Assembly (NCBI GenBank): GCA_902602595.1
Contig: CACKRJ010000001.1
Location: 346,522 to 410,521, forward strand
DNA from: an uncultured SAR86 cluster bacterium
GTDB taxonomy: Bacteria > Pseudomonadota > Gammaproteobacteria > Magnimaribacterales > D2472
Direction of reading: 5' to 3'
DNA length: 64,000 nt
Below, one piece after another: positions 17,847 to 26,769 of this stretch. The translations under genes were made by a program, and so were the position numbers. A model generated the notes under the pieces. It was not told where the DNA came from. It searched no databases and worked only from the letters and a program-made list of their open reading frames with translations. Numbering within the stretch: the stretch's first letter is position 1; every line of letters begins with the position of its first letter.

Positions 17847-19028
17847 CTAGCCCTTTCCAGAATTAATATCCCTCAAATCAACAAAAGCTAAATAAATCTG
17901 CATTTCATCATGAGCGTCATAATCATGAATCCTCTTTAAATCATTTCCTGGAATATTGGTATATTTCATTACAGCATTTCTCGCTGCTACTAATAATGGA
18001 TTTTTCATGTGATAAATTTTGCCTTGCATCATTGAGAGTCTTTGTATCTTTTTGGTACGCTTACTTCTTACAAAATCATAGGCTTGTTGAGCATCTGATA
18101 AGTCAGCAATATTTTCTTTGCAAGCCTTTGCAAATGAGTAGGCATCTTCAATTGCCATGCAAGCACCTTGACCTAAAAATGGAACCATTGGATGAGCAGC
18201 ATCACCAACCAAACTAATATTATTAGAAATCATAGATTTTAAGGGTGGTCGAATATATATACCCCATTTATATAGAGGCATTGAATCTTCAAGTTCTGGA
18301 AATATATTTGAGTCATAAAGGGAGAAATCATCAAGTAAATCTTTGATAGAACCCTCTTCTTTCCAAGATTCTTTAAATTGATAATCTTCTTTTTTAACCG
18401 CAACAAAACTTACATCTCCTGTTTTATTAATTGGGTAGCTAACAATATGACTGCCAGGACCAAGCGCAAAATGAATTCTTTGCAGGTTTGATTTTCCTAT
18501 GCCTCTCCATGCACTATAGCCACTATATTTAGGAGCTTGATTGGTAGCAAAAAAAGTATCTCGCATTGATGATCTTATACCATCGCAAGCTGCTAAGTGC
18601 TTAAGGATGTATTTTTTTTTATTAGCAAATGTGGCTTCGCATTTTGCTGCATCAAAATCAATAAGAGCATGATCATGATGAACCTCTCCACCTAAATTTA
18701 TATATTTGGAATATAGCAGTGTCATCAATGTTTGCCGGCGTGTTGTCAATACCTCTGGTGTTTGAAATGAGGCTATTTCCTTTTGCGGTCCTTGAATTGA
18801 GGCTGCGGAATGAATGAATGATTGGTTTTTTAAATCATCATAAATATCCAACCTATTCAGCAAACGTAATGCATTGGAAGAAAGGCTGAGGGCAGCACCG
18901 TGAGAGATTTCTTCAGGCATTTGTTCAAAAATGGTTGCTGGGATGCCCTCTTTCAAGAGAGAGCAACCAAGTGTTAGGCCGGCTATTCCGCCTCCTATTA
19001 TTCCAATGTGATCTGAATAGTCTGTCAT
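17847..19028 (-). CDS. FAD-dependent aromatic-ring monooxygenase (salicylate/3-hydroxybenzoate hydroxylase-like)
   Basis: GxGxxG motif IGIIGGGIAGLTLG and GDAAHPMVPFLGQGACMAIEDA. Confidence 0.85.
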   Translation of the reverse strand: MTDYSDHIGIIGGGIAGLTLGCSLLKEGIPATIFEQMPEEISHGAALSLSSNALRLLNRLDIYDDLKNQSFIHSAASIQGPQKEIASFQTPEVLTTRRQTLMTLLYSKYINLGGEVHHDHALIDFDAAKCEATFANKKKYILKHLAACDGIRSSMRDTFFATNQAPKYSGYSAWRGIGKSNLQRIHFALGPGSHIVSYPINKTGDVSFVAVKKEDYQFKESWKEEGSIKDLLDDFSLYDSNIFPELEDSMPLYKWGIYIRPPLKSMISNNISLVGDAAHPMVPFLGQGACMAIEDAYSFAKACKENIADLSDAQQAYDFVRSKRTKKIQRLSMMQGKIYHMKNPLLVAARNAVMKYTNIPGNDLKRIHDYDAHDEMQIYLAFVDLRDINSGKG

Positions 19029-19137
19029 GCAATTTTATCCATTCATCTTTTGACATTCTATTGCTTGACTTAAAGCATGCTCTAAGATGTATAGTTCTAT
19101 ACACATATTACTATTTAATGCCTTGCAAGGAGATGAA

Positions 19138-20250
19138 ATGAGCGCAAATAAACAAATTACTTCTACAGTCACTGACGAGGGAAAACTAGAAATAGCTATT
19201 ACTGTATCTGAACGTCCAATTCCAGGAGATGATGATGTGTTAATTCAAGTAGAGGCTACTCCCATTAACCCATCCGATCTGGGTTTATTAATAGGACCAG
19301 GTGATATCAATACACTCAAGGCTGAAGACTCGAAAATCATAATGGATGTTCCAGAAGCAATTATGGGTGCCATGAAACCAAGACTGAATAAACCGATGCC
19401 AGTGGGAAACGAAGGTTCTGGAGTTGTTATCGAAGCTGGAGCAAATGCACAAGAATTAATGGGCAAAGTCGTAAGCGTTGTTGGGGGTGGAATGTATTCC
19501 CAATATAGATGTTTACCCGCAGCTAGTTGCATGGTCATGAAAGAAGGAACTGAGCCTCGAGATTGTGCATCAAGCTTTGTAAATCCTCTCACTGCTCTTG
19601 GTATGGTTGAAACTATGAAAATGGAAGGACATTCAGCTCTTGTCCATACAGCTGCAGCCTCTAATTTGGGTCAAATGCTTGTAAAAATATGTGTAGATGA
19701 TGGAGTTCAGCTGGTAAACATTGTTCGCAAGCAAGAACATGTTGATCAGTTGAAATCTATTGGTGCAGAGTTTGTTTGTAACTCATCTGATGATGACTTT
19801 ATGGAGCAATTAACCTCAGCTATCACTGAAACAAAAGCAACTCTTGCCTTTGATGCTACTGGCGGTGGCGAATTGGCTGGAAAAATTCTTACTTGCATGG
19901 AAGTTGCAGCAAGAAAAAATGCAACAGAATATAGCCCCTATGGGTCTACAGAACATAAGCAAGTTTATATCTATGGAGCGCTGAATCAATCGGGGATTTC
20001 ACTGCCAAATAATAGAAGCTTTGGAATGTATTGGGGAATCGGTGGATTTTTATTAACACCGTTTCTGGGCAAGATTGGCTTTGAAAAAGTGGGGGAGCTT
20101 CAAGCTCGAGTTGCCAATGAAATTAAAACTACTTTTGCTAGTAATTATACTCAGGAAGTATCTCTCGAAGAGGCCTTAACTCTTGAATCCTTGATGGTAT
20201 ATGCAAAACAAGCCACTGGAGAAAAATTCTTAATTAATCCTAATGGTTAA
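19138..20250 (+). CDS. Medium-chain dehydrogenase/reductase (quinone oxidoreductase-like) family protein
   Basis: GroES-like N-domain with INPSD plus a Rossmann domain. AAGGAG (19127-19132) lies 5 nt before the ATG at 19138. The track start at 19087 adds 17 unlikely residues. Confidence 0.7.
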   Translation: MSANKQITSTVTDEGKLEIAITVSERPIPGDDDVLIQVEATPINPSDLGLLIGPGDINTLKAEDSKIIMDVPEAIMGAMKPRLNKPMPVGNEGSGVVIEAGANAQELMGKVVSVVGGGMYSQYRCLPAASCMVMKEGTEPRDCASSFVNPLTALGMVETMKMEGHSALVHTAAASNLGQMLVKICVDDGVQLVNIVRKQEHVDQLKSIGAEFVCNSSDDDFMEQLTSAITETKATLAFDATGGGELAGKILTCMEVAARKNATEYSPYGSTEHKQVYIYGALNQSGISLPNNRSFGMYWGIGGFLLTPFLGKIGFEKVGELQARVANEIKTTFASNYTQEVSLEEALTLESLMVYAKQATGEKFLINPNG

Positions 20251-20267
20251 CATTAATTACATCTAAT

Positions 20268-20298
20268 AAAAAAGGGGGCTTTAGCCCCCTTTTTTTTT
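20268..20298. terminator. Bidirectional rho-independent terminator
   Basis: A6-GGGGGC-ttta-GCCCCC-T9 between the convergent genes ending at 20250 (+) and 20314 (-). Confidence 0.9.
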
Positions 20299-20313
20299 GA
20301 AATTTAAATTGTT

Positions 20314-20685
20314 CTAAATTAATGCCAGCGCCATCATCACCAAGCAAACAATTGAGCCAAGCCATAACAATGTTCTTACTCTTGCAAACCCAGCTATATA
20401 TGTAACAACATGCCCTACTCTGAATGCAAGCCACCAAAATGCCAGCCCAGTAACATCAACAGATAGCAGCATAGACAAAAGAGCCAATGCCAAAAATATT
20501 GGTAAAGTTTCTTGTAGATTTGTGTTTGCTCTCATAGCTCTCCCAGCCATGATTGTTAACTCATGAGGCATTGGTTCATCTCTATTCGAACCCAACCAAG
20601 GAAAATTTTTCATGTTAAAAGATGCTGGGATGATCCAGGTTTGAAGGAAAGCAAGCAACAAAGCAGCAATAATATAAGTAGTCAT
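20314..20685 (-). CDS. MAPEG family membrane protein
   Basis: 123 aa and 3-4 TM helices. The RAMRANTNLQETLPIFLALALL block is typical of MAPEG proteins. Confidence 0.65.
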   Translation of the reverse strand: MTTYIIAALLLAFLQTWIIPASFNMKNFPWLGSNRDEPMPHELTIMAGRAMRANTNLQETLPIFLALALLSMLLSVDVTGLAFWWLAFRVGHVVTYIAGFARVRTLLWLGSIVCLVMMALALI

Positions 20686-20716
20686 AAATTCTCTCCGAAA
20701 TTTTTAAAATTAGAGT

Positions 20717-21505
20717 TTAAACGATTGAGATAGTCCCTTCAAAATAAATTACGCTGCTCCCGGAAATATAAACTCTATCATTTACTAATCTACAATTTAG
20801 TTTGCCACCTCGTCTGGATAGTTGATGTCCTTCTAGATCATCTTTATTAAATTGGTTAGCCCAATAAGGGGTTAGCATGGTATGGGCTGATCCAGTTACT
20901 GGGTCTTCCTCAATGCCTGCTTCAGGGTAAAAACACCTTGAAACAAAATCTACTTCATCTCCTGGAGCCGATATTACAAGACCCCTAGCATTAATCTTTT
21001 TAAGGAGAGGCAGTTTAGGTTGCATGTCTTCGATTTGTTTTTGATTTTCAAAAACTGCTAAATAATCATCTTTGCCTCTTAAAAGTTTTAATGGCTCTAT
21101 GTCTAATATTTCAATAAATAACGAGTCTATTTCAGTTACAACCGGTTGGTCAGCAGGAAAATTAAGACAAAGCCCATCTTCAACCTTAGTGATTTTTAAA
21201 ACTCCGCTTTTGGAATTGAAATTAATTTCCTCTCCAGCTAAATCAGGATAGTAATCAAAAAGTATGCGAGCGCTTGCCAAAGTTGCATGACCGCAAAGAT
21301 CTACTTCAATTGATGGAGTAAACCATCTTATCAAAACCGGACTTTCATGGATGCTGACAAATGCTGTTTCAGATAAATTGTTTTCTGCGGCTATTGATTG
21401 CATGACCTCATCTTTAAGTGGCGATTCTAGGATGACAACTGCAGCAGGATTGCCTGAAAATAATTTATCGGCAAAAGCATCAACTTGATACATTTTCAAT
21501 TTCAT
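20717..21505 (-). CDS. PhzF family isomerase
   Basis: MYQVDAFADKLFSGNPAAVV N-terminus, SETAF, CGHATLA, and C-terminal PVTGSAH. Confidence 0.9.
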   Translation of the reverse strand: MKLKMYQVDAFADKLFSGNPAAVVILESPLKDEVMQSIAAENNLSETAFVSIHESPVLIRWFTPSIEVDLCGHATLASARILFDYYPDLAGEEINFNSKSGVLKITKVEDGLCLNFPADQPVVTEIDSLFIEILDIEPLKLLRGKDDYLAVFENQKQIEDMQPKLPLLKKINARGLVISAPGDEVDFVSRCFYPEAGIEEDPVTGSAHTMLTPYWANQFNKDDLEGHQLSRRGGKLNCRLVNDRVYISGSSVIYFEGTISIV

Positions 21506-21560
21506 AGAGTTATTTTACCTAATGGAGCTTTCAAGGCTAGAATGAATAAAAAGGATCAAC

Positions 21561-22985
21561 TTGAGCCCAGATAAACTAACAATCAAAACAAAATTAGCTT
21601 TTGGGGTAGGCGCAACAGGTGAAGGTGCAACCAATTGGATTTTTGCTGGTCTAACCTTCTTTTTTTATAATCAAGTCCTTGGACTATCTGGGTCACTGAC
21701 AGGCTTGGCAGTTTTAATCGCTATTATTTTTGATGCTGTTTCTGATCCTATTATGGGGTCTATTTCAGATCGATTTATATCTAAACTAGGCCGAAGGCAC
21801 CCCTTCATGTTTGTGGCACCCTTCCCAACCGTCATAGCAATATATCTAATGTTTTTCCCGCCAGAGGGGTTATCAGAGTATGGCCTCTTTGGGTGGCTAA
21901 TTTTTTCAACCATTTTACTTAGGCTTAGTATTACCTTGTTTGCAGTTCCTCATCTAGCTCTAGGAGCGGAGCTATCTGATGATTACTTTGAACGAAGTAG
22001 AGTGATGAGCTACAACAATCTCTTTGGATATATGGGTGTCATTATCATGCACATATTTGTATGGTTTTTAATTTTTCCTTACTTTGCAGGTGAAAAAATT
22101 GGTCAGCTTTATCAAGAGTCTTATACACCCATAGCAATTTTTAGCATGATATTAATATCACTTTGCATTCTCTCTTCAGCCTATTTCACCAAAGATCGAA
22201 TACCTTACTTAAAGCAGCCATCTAAAGATGAATCTCGCATCAAAATAGCAGATTTATTTAAAGACATTATCGGGGCTGTTAGAAATAGAAACTATGCTCG
22301 ATTGCTTATTGGTATGTTTTTTCTATCTATGCTCATTGGGACCCATGAAACTCTTGGAATTTATATGGGAACCTTCTTTTGGGAATTATCTCCAATCCAA
22401 ATTGGATGGCTTATCATTAATAATATCATCGGTTATGCCTTTGGGTTCGTCCTTACAGCAAAACTTCATCAAAGATTTGATAAGCCTATTGTAATTGTGG
22501 CCACAGTTCTTGGTCTAACTATTTTTTGGTCGGCATCTGCCAATATTACTCTCCTTGGCTTGGCTCCAGAAAGAGGTTCATGGGAATTAGTTATGATGAT
22601 TATTTGCTTAGGGTCTGTTGCATCCGCATGTGGATCTATCTTGCATATTAGTGTTATGTCAGCATTGGCAGATATTGCAGATGAATATGAACTTAATACT
22701 GGAATTAGGCAAGAAGGTGTTTTTTATGCAGCGCGAGCATTTTTTAGCAAGACATCAAACGGTATTGGTCATGTTATAGCTGGAGTTGCGCTTGATTTTA
22801 TTGCCTTCCCTGAGAATGCTGTGCCTGGTGAAATACCTGAGGAAACAATCTTTAATTTGGGATTGGTTGACGGTCCATTTGCAATGATTTGGGGGCTAAT
22901 TGCTGTTTTCTTCTATGCTAGATATAAAATTACTAAAAAATCTCACGCTGCAATCAAAGAGCAACTTGCAACGAAAAGTTCTTAA
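21561..22985 (+). CDS. MFS transporter, glycoside-pentoside-hexuronide (GPH/MelB-like) family
   Basis: 12-TM profile with DAVSDPIMGSISDRF...GRRHPFM in loop 2-3. TTG start. Confidence 0.75.
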   Translation: MSPDKLTIKTKLAFGVGATGEGATNWIFAGLTFFFYNQVLGLSGSLTGLAVLIAIIFDAVSDPIMGSISDRFISKLGRRHPFMFVAPFPTVIAIYLMFFPPEGLSEYGLFGWLIFSTILLRLSITLFAVPHLALGAELSDDYFERSRVMSYNNLFGYMGVIIMHIFVWFLIFPYFAGEKIGQLYQESYTPIAIFSMILISLCILSSAYFTKDRIPYLKQPSKDESRIKIADLFKDIIGAVRNRNYARLLIGMFFLSMLIGTHETLGIYMGTFFWELSPIQIGWLIINNIIGYAFGFVLTAKLHQRFDKPIVIVATVLGLTIFWSASANITLLGLAPERGSWELVMMIICLGSVASACGSILHISVMSALADIADEYELNTGIRQEGVFYAARAFFSKTSNGIGHVIAGVALDFIAFPENAVPGEIPEETIFNLGLVDGPFAMIWGLIAVFFYARYKITKKSHAAIKEQLATKSS

Positions 22986-23206
22986 AACTTACCTCTCTTA
23001 AACCTCATGCGTATTGAGTAAACCCTAATTAAAGCTACAAGAGTAAGAACGGTCTGAGTAAAAATAGAAATTATTAGCGTGTTAGTCCAGCTCCAATTAT
23101 CAATAGTGAGCCAAAGCAAAAAAGTTTGAAGAGGGAAATTGATAATCATTCCCATCATTACAACGATAACGCTTTCCCTAAAGGCTGTTTTTTCAGTTTT
23201 ATTCAT
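22982..23206 (-). CDS. Small hypothetical membrane protein (74 aa)
   Basis: Two predicted TM helices and a basic C-terminus. It fills an otherwise empty gap, and its stop overlaps the MFS stop (TTAA). No family was recognised. Confidence 0.4.
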   Translation of the reverse strand: MNKTEKTAFRESVIVVMMGMIINFPLQTFLLWLTIDNWSWTNTLIISIFTQTVLTLVALIRVYSIRMRFKRGKF

Positions 23207-23264
23207 TTATATCTCAGTTTAAATAAGTAATTTGTAATTACAGTTTTTCATGGTTTTGATTGAA

Positions 23265-23582
23265 TCAATCTTCAAACTTTACAGCCGTGCCATATGCAAT
23301 AACTTCTGAAGCAGCCGCTGCAATGGTTGAAGTTTCATATCTAAAATTCACAACAGCATCTGCACCCATACCTTCAGCATTTTTAACCATCCTTTCCATG
23401 GCCTCTTTTCTTGCCTGTGCTAAGAGGATGGAATAGCTTTTCAATTCACCTCCAACTATATTTTTCAATGTTGCTAAAATATCAGTTCCTAGGTGTCGAG
23501 CTCTTACTGTGCTGCCCATAACTATACCCAGGTAAGAGTCAATCTGTTTACCTTCGATTGATGGTGTGCTGGTTACTAACAT
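23265..23582 (-). CDS. ybjQ: YbjQ (UPF0145) family protein
   Basis: MLVTSTPSIEGKQI...GMGADAVVNFRY matches YbjQ. The ATG at 23582 is preceded by GGAG, whereas the track start at 23594 is a TTG. Confidence 0.85.
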   Translation of the reverse strand: MLVTSTPSIEGKQIDSYLGIVMGSTVRARHLGTDILATLKNIVGGELKSYSILLAQARKEAMERMVKNAEGMGADAVVNFRYETSTIAAAASEVIAYGTAVKFED

Positions 23583-23619
23583 GGTTTGCTCCAAAATTTG
23601 ATATGATTAAATTAATTAT

Positions 23620-23964
23620 ATGGATAATATAAAACAAGAGTTGGTTGAAACAAAATTTGCCATTGGGGCAGTTGTAAAGCATCGCTTCCTTGATTTTCGC
23701 GGGGTCATATTTGATGTTGACCCAGAGTTTAATAATACAGAGGAATGGTATCAATCTATCCCAACCTCTATTCGCCCAAGAAAAAATCAACCCTTTTACC
23801 ATCTCTTTGCTGAAAATGGTCATATCTTTTATATTGCTTATGTATCCGAACAAAACCTTCTTGATGATGCCTCAGATGAATTGCCAAAACATCCAGAGAT
23901 TAAAAATTTATTTTCTCATTTTGAAGATGGCAGATTTGTACCTCTCTCAAGAGCTGTAAACTAA
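23620..23964 (+). CDS. hspQ: Heat shock protein HspQ (hemimethylated-DNA-binding YccV domain)
   Basis: KFAIGAVVKHRFLDFRGVIFDVDPEF aligns with the E. coli HspQ N-terminus. Confidence 0.85.
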   Translation: MDNIKQELVETKFAIGAVVKHRFLDFRGVIFDVDPEFNNTEEWYQSIPTSIRPRKNQPFYHLFAENGHIFYIAYVSEQNLLDDASDELPKHPEIKNLFSHFEDGRFVPLSRAVN

Positions 23965-23965
23965 T

Positions 23966-25168
23966 CTATTCTTTTGAAGCTATTTGCAAAGAAGTTGTAA
24001 AAACTTCCATTGCTTCTTTTAAATTCTCTAAACCCAAAAAAGTTGGCGCCAATCTAATATTTGAGTCTGATGGATCATCAAAGTGTGGGTAAGTAGACCC
24101 AGCAGGAGTTATTAAAACTCCAGCTTCTTCACATAAGGCAATCACCCTTTTAGCAATGGGTTTGTTTGTGTTGTAAGAAATAAAATATCCGCCAGTTGGT
24201 TTCTTGTAGCTTCCTATCTCTGAGCTTAAGGAATCCAATGCTTTAAAGGCTACTTCAAATTTTGGTTTGACTAAATCTGCATGTTGACTCATATGATCTA
24301 AAACATGCTTTTTAGTTTTAAGAAATTCAAGATGACGCATCTGATTCACTTTATCTGAGCAAACAATCATGGAGCCTCTTTGTCTCACCAAAAGGTTCAA
24401 AAGCTTAGTTCCAGCTGCAGCAAAAGATAATCCACCACCACCAAAGGTGACTTTTGAAAAAGAACAAAAAATTGCAGTTTGATCTAATACATCAAATTTC
24501 TTAGCCAACTCCCATGAAGGTGTTTGATTAAGGGTTGGTGAAAAGTCATGCAATAAATATGCATGATCCAAGATAAACAAAAATTCATTTGAATAAGATT
24601 TCCCTGCCTCTAATAGCTCTGACATATTTTCATCTGTGTAAACATCGCCTGTTGGATTAGAGTGGCGTGGAACGCAGATGATGCCTTTGATATTTTCATG
24701 TTCTGCAAGTAATGCTTTAAATTTATTAATATCAAGGCCAGATCCAGTCAGAGGAACTGGTAACATCTCTATCCCAAAATCATCTAATAATCTGAAATGC
24801 CTATCAAAGCCTGGAACAGGACAAATAAACTTCAAATTTTCTTGGTTCTTCCATGGTGTCTCTAGGCCAAATAGATAATTTACCAAAATGAGTTGATAGA
24901 TAAGAAGCAAACTAGATTGCTCTCCAACTAAGGTGTTATCTGAGGGAGCTGATAGCAATTCACCTCCCAACTCCCTTGCCTCTGGTATCCCTAAAGGATC
25001 GCCATAATTGCGGACATCTATCCCACTTGGGCTCATAGCAGGAACCTTAAGGTTTAAAAGGTCATTTGAAAGATCAAGTTGATCAGAGCCAGGTTTGCCG
25101 CGAGTTAAATCAATTTTTAGATTTTTAGATTTTAAAGTGGCAAATTTAGATTCCAGAGATTCATCCAT
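23966..25168 (-). CDS. Class I/II PLP-dependent aminotransferase
   Basis: N-terminal LTRGKP...QLDL, internal NPTG, and SFSKVTFGGGG (Schiff-base lysine context). 400 aa. Confidence 0.7.
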   Translation of the reverse strand: MDESLESKFATLKSKNLKIDLTRGKPGSDQLDLSNDLLNLKVPAMSPSGIDVRNYGDPLGIPEARELGGELLSAPSDNTLVGEQSSLLLIYQLILVNYLFGLETPWKNQENLKFICPVPGFDRHFRLLDDFGIEMLPVPLTGSGLDINKFKALLAEHENIKGIICVPRHSNPTGDVYTDENMSELLEAGKSYSNEFLFILDHAYLLHDFSPTLNQTPSWELAKKFDVLDQTAIFCSFSKVTFGGGGLSFAAAGTKLLNLLVRQRGSMIVCSDKVNQMRHLEFLKTKKHVLDHMSQHADLVKPKFEVAFKALDSLSSEIGSYKKPTGGYFISYNTNKPIAKRVIALCEEAGVLITPAGSTYPHFDDPSDSNIRLAPTFLGLENLKEAMEVFTTSLQIASKE

Positions 25169-25217
25169 AGTATCATTGGGTATATAAGTAAATATATTTT
25201 ATAGGATAAATTTATAA

Positions 25218-26108
25218 GTGGCATATATATGGATTCTTTTGATAGTAATAATCCTGCTTTTAGGGCTATTAATCTATCTAAATATCAAAGATAGTTCACA
25301 AAGCTCAGATTCTAAAGAGTCGCTTAGAGATCTCGATAAGGCTGTCGAAAGACAAGAAGCGAAGCTGTCTGATTTATCAAATGATATTCAATCCTTCCAA
25401 GATCCTCTAAGTAAACTTAATAGGTATTTATCTGGTGGAGCGCTTGCTGGGACTTTTGGTGAATGGTCGCTAGATGCAATTGTGAAGGATATTTTTCATC
25501 AAAATCAATTTATTGCTAATGCAGAAGTGATACCTGGTTCTGGTAAAAGGGTTGAGTTTGCCATCAAACTTCCAGAAGGCTTTTTGCTACCTATAGATGC
25601 AAAATTTCCATCTGGTCTGTTTGATAACTACTTATCTGCCGTTGATAATAGAAATCCTCAACTCATTAAGACTTCTACCGATGCAATTAGAAGACACGTT
25701 CAAAAAGATGCAAAAGATATAAATGAAAAATATATCCAATCAGGCCTAACAATTGAACTAGGCATTATGTACATTCCAAGTGAATCTCTTATGCAGCTCA
25801 TTGATTCAATTGGCAATATTAGAGAGGAAATATTCAGAGATAATCGGGTTCTCATTATGGGACCTAATTCTCTTGCTGCATATCTAATAAGCGTACATAT
25901 GGGATTTAGGACTCTTGCTCTTAATGAAAGAGCGAGTGAAATTATGAAAGAGTTTGGAAAACTAAAGAAAGAATTTGAAAATTTCGGAAGCTCTACCGAA
26001 GAGCTACAGAAAAAGACTGATGCAATGTTAAAAGCCGTTAATGAACACGCTACAAGAGAAAGGCAAATGAACAAAGCAATTAAAAATATGGATCAAGTAG
26101 AGAGTTAG
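25218..26108 (+). CDS. rmuC: DNA recombination protein RmuC (short form)
   Basis: N-terminal TM helix and coiled coil. RmuC-domain blocks RVEFAIKLPEG..LPIDAKFP and MYIPSES are present. At 296 aa it is shorter than E. coli RmuC. GTG start. Confidence 0.75.
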   Translation: MAYIWILLIVIILLLGLLIYLNIKDSSQSSDSKESLRDLDKAVERQEAKLSDLSNDIQSFQDPLSKLNRYLSGGALAGTFGEWSLDAIVKDIFHQNQFIANAEVIPGSGKRVEFAIKLPEGFLLPIDAKFPSGLFDNYLSAVDNRNPQLIKTSTDAIRRHVQKDAKDINEKYIQSGLTIELGIMYIPSESLMQLIDSIGNIREEIFRDNRVLIMGPNSLAAYLISVHMGFRTLALNERASEIMKEFGKLKKEFENFGSSTEELQKKTDAMLKAVNEHATRERQMNKAIKNMDQVES

Positions 26109-26115
26109 GAAATAA

Positions 26116-26769
26116 CTAGCGAATAATAATCTTGCCTTCTTGAAATTCTATAATCCTGTCAGAAAAATACTTAGCTTCTTCTTCATCATGAGTTACTAAT
26201 AAAACTGATAAGTCTGTATCTTTAAAAATTTTCTTAGTCTCATCGTGCAGCTCATCTTTAAGATTTTTATCTAACGCACCAAAAGGCTCATCAAGCAAAA
26301 GAATGTCTGGATTTGTAATTAATGCTCTGGCAAATGCGACTCTTTGTTGCTGGCCAGCAGAAACTTCATGAGGATATTTTTTGCTCAGTTCAGCAACCTT
26401 AAATAGATCAAGGTATTCTTGAACCAAAGATTCTCTTTCTTGAATATGAGTAATTCCAAACATTACATTCTTTTCAATATTAAGATGTGGAAAAAGAGCC
26501 CTGTCTTCGACCACCAATCCTAAATTTCTTTTTTCTGGAGGCAAAAGAAAATTTTTCTTTGAAACAACTTTATCACTTATTGTTACCTCGCCATCCATCA
26601 CGCCCTCTAATCCAGCAACGATTCTTAATAGAGTTGTTTTCCCTATGCCAGAAGGACCAAGAATTGAGACTATTTCGCCTTTCTTTAAAGAAAAATTAAA
26701 ATCTTTAATTATTGAAATATCTTGATCATAGGCATGAGATAAATTTCTAATTTCAAGTATATTTTTCAT
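26116..26769 (-). CDS. ABC transporter ATP-binding protein (Fe3+ importer type, no C-terminal regulatory domain)
   Basis: Walker A GPSGIGKTT, signature VSAGQQQRVAFARAL, and Walker B ILLLDEPF. At only 217 aa it ends right after the NBD. Confidence 0.85.
   Translation of the reverse strand: MKNILEIRNLSHAYDQDISIIKDFNFSLKKGEIVSILGPSGIGKTTLLRIVAGLEGVMDGEVTISDKVVSKKNFLLPPEKRNLGLVVEDRALFPHLNIEKNVMFGITHIQERESLVQEYLDLFKVAELSKKYPHEVSAGQQQRVAFARALITNPDILLLDEPFGALDKNLKDELHDETKKIFKDTDLSVLLVTHDEEEAKYFSDRIIEFQEGKIIIR

Noticed and set aside
23548-23959. ORFs 23548..23853 (-) and 23690..23959 (+) overlapping hspQ
   Set aside because: The hspQ frame (23620..23964) aligns with E. coli HspQ. The alternative frames have no recognisable features.
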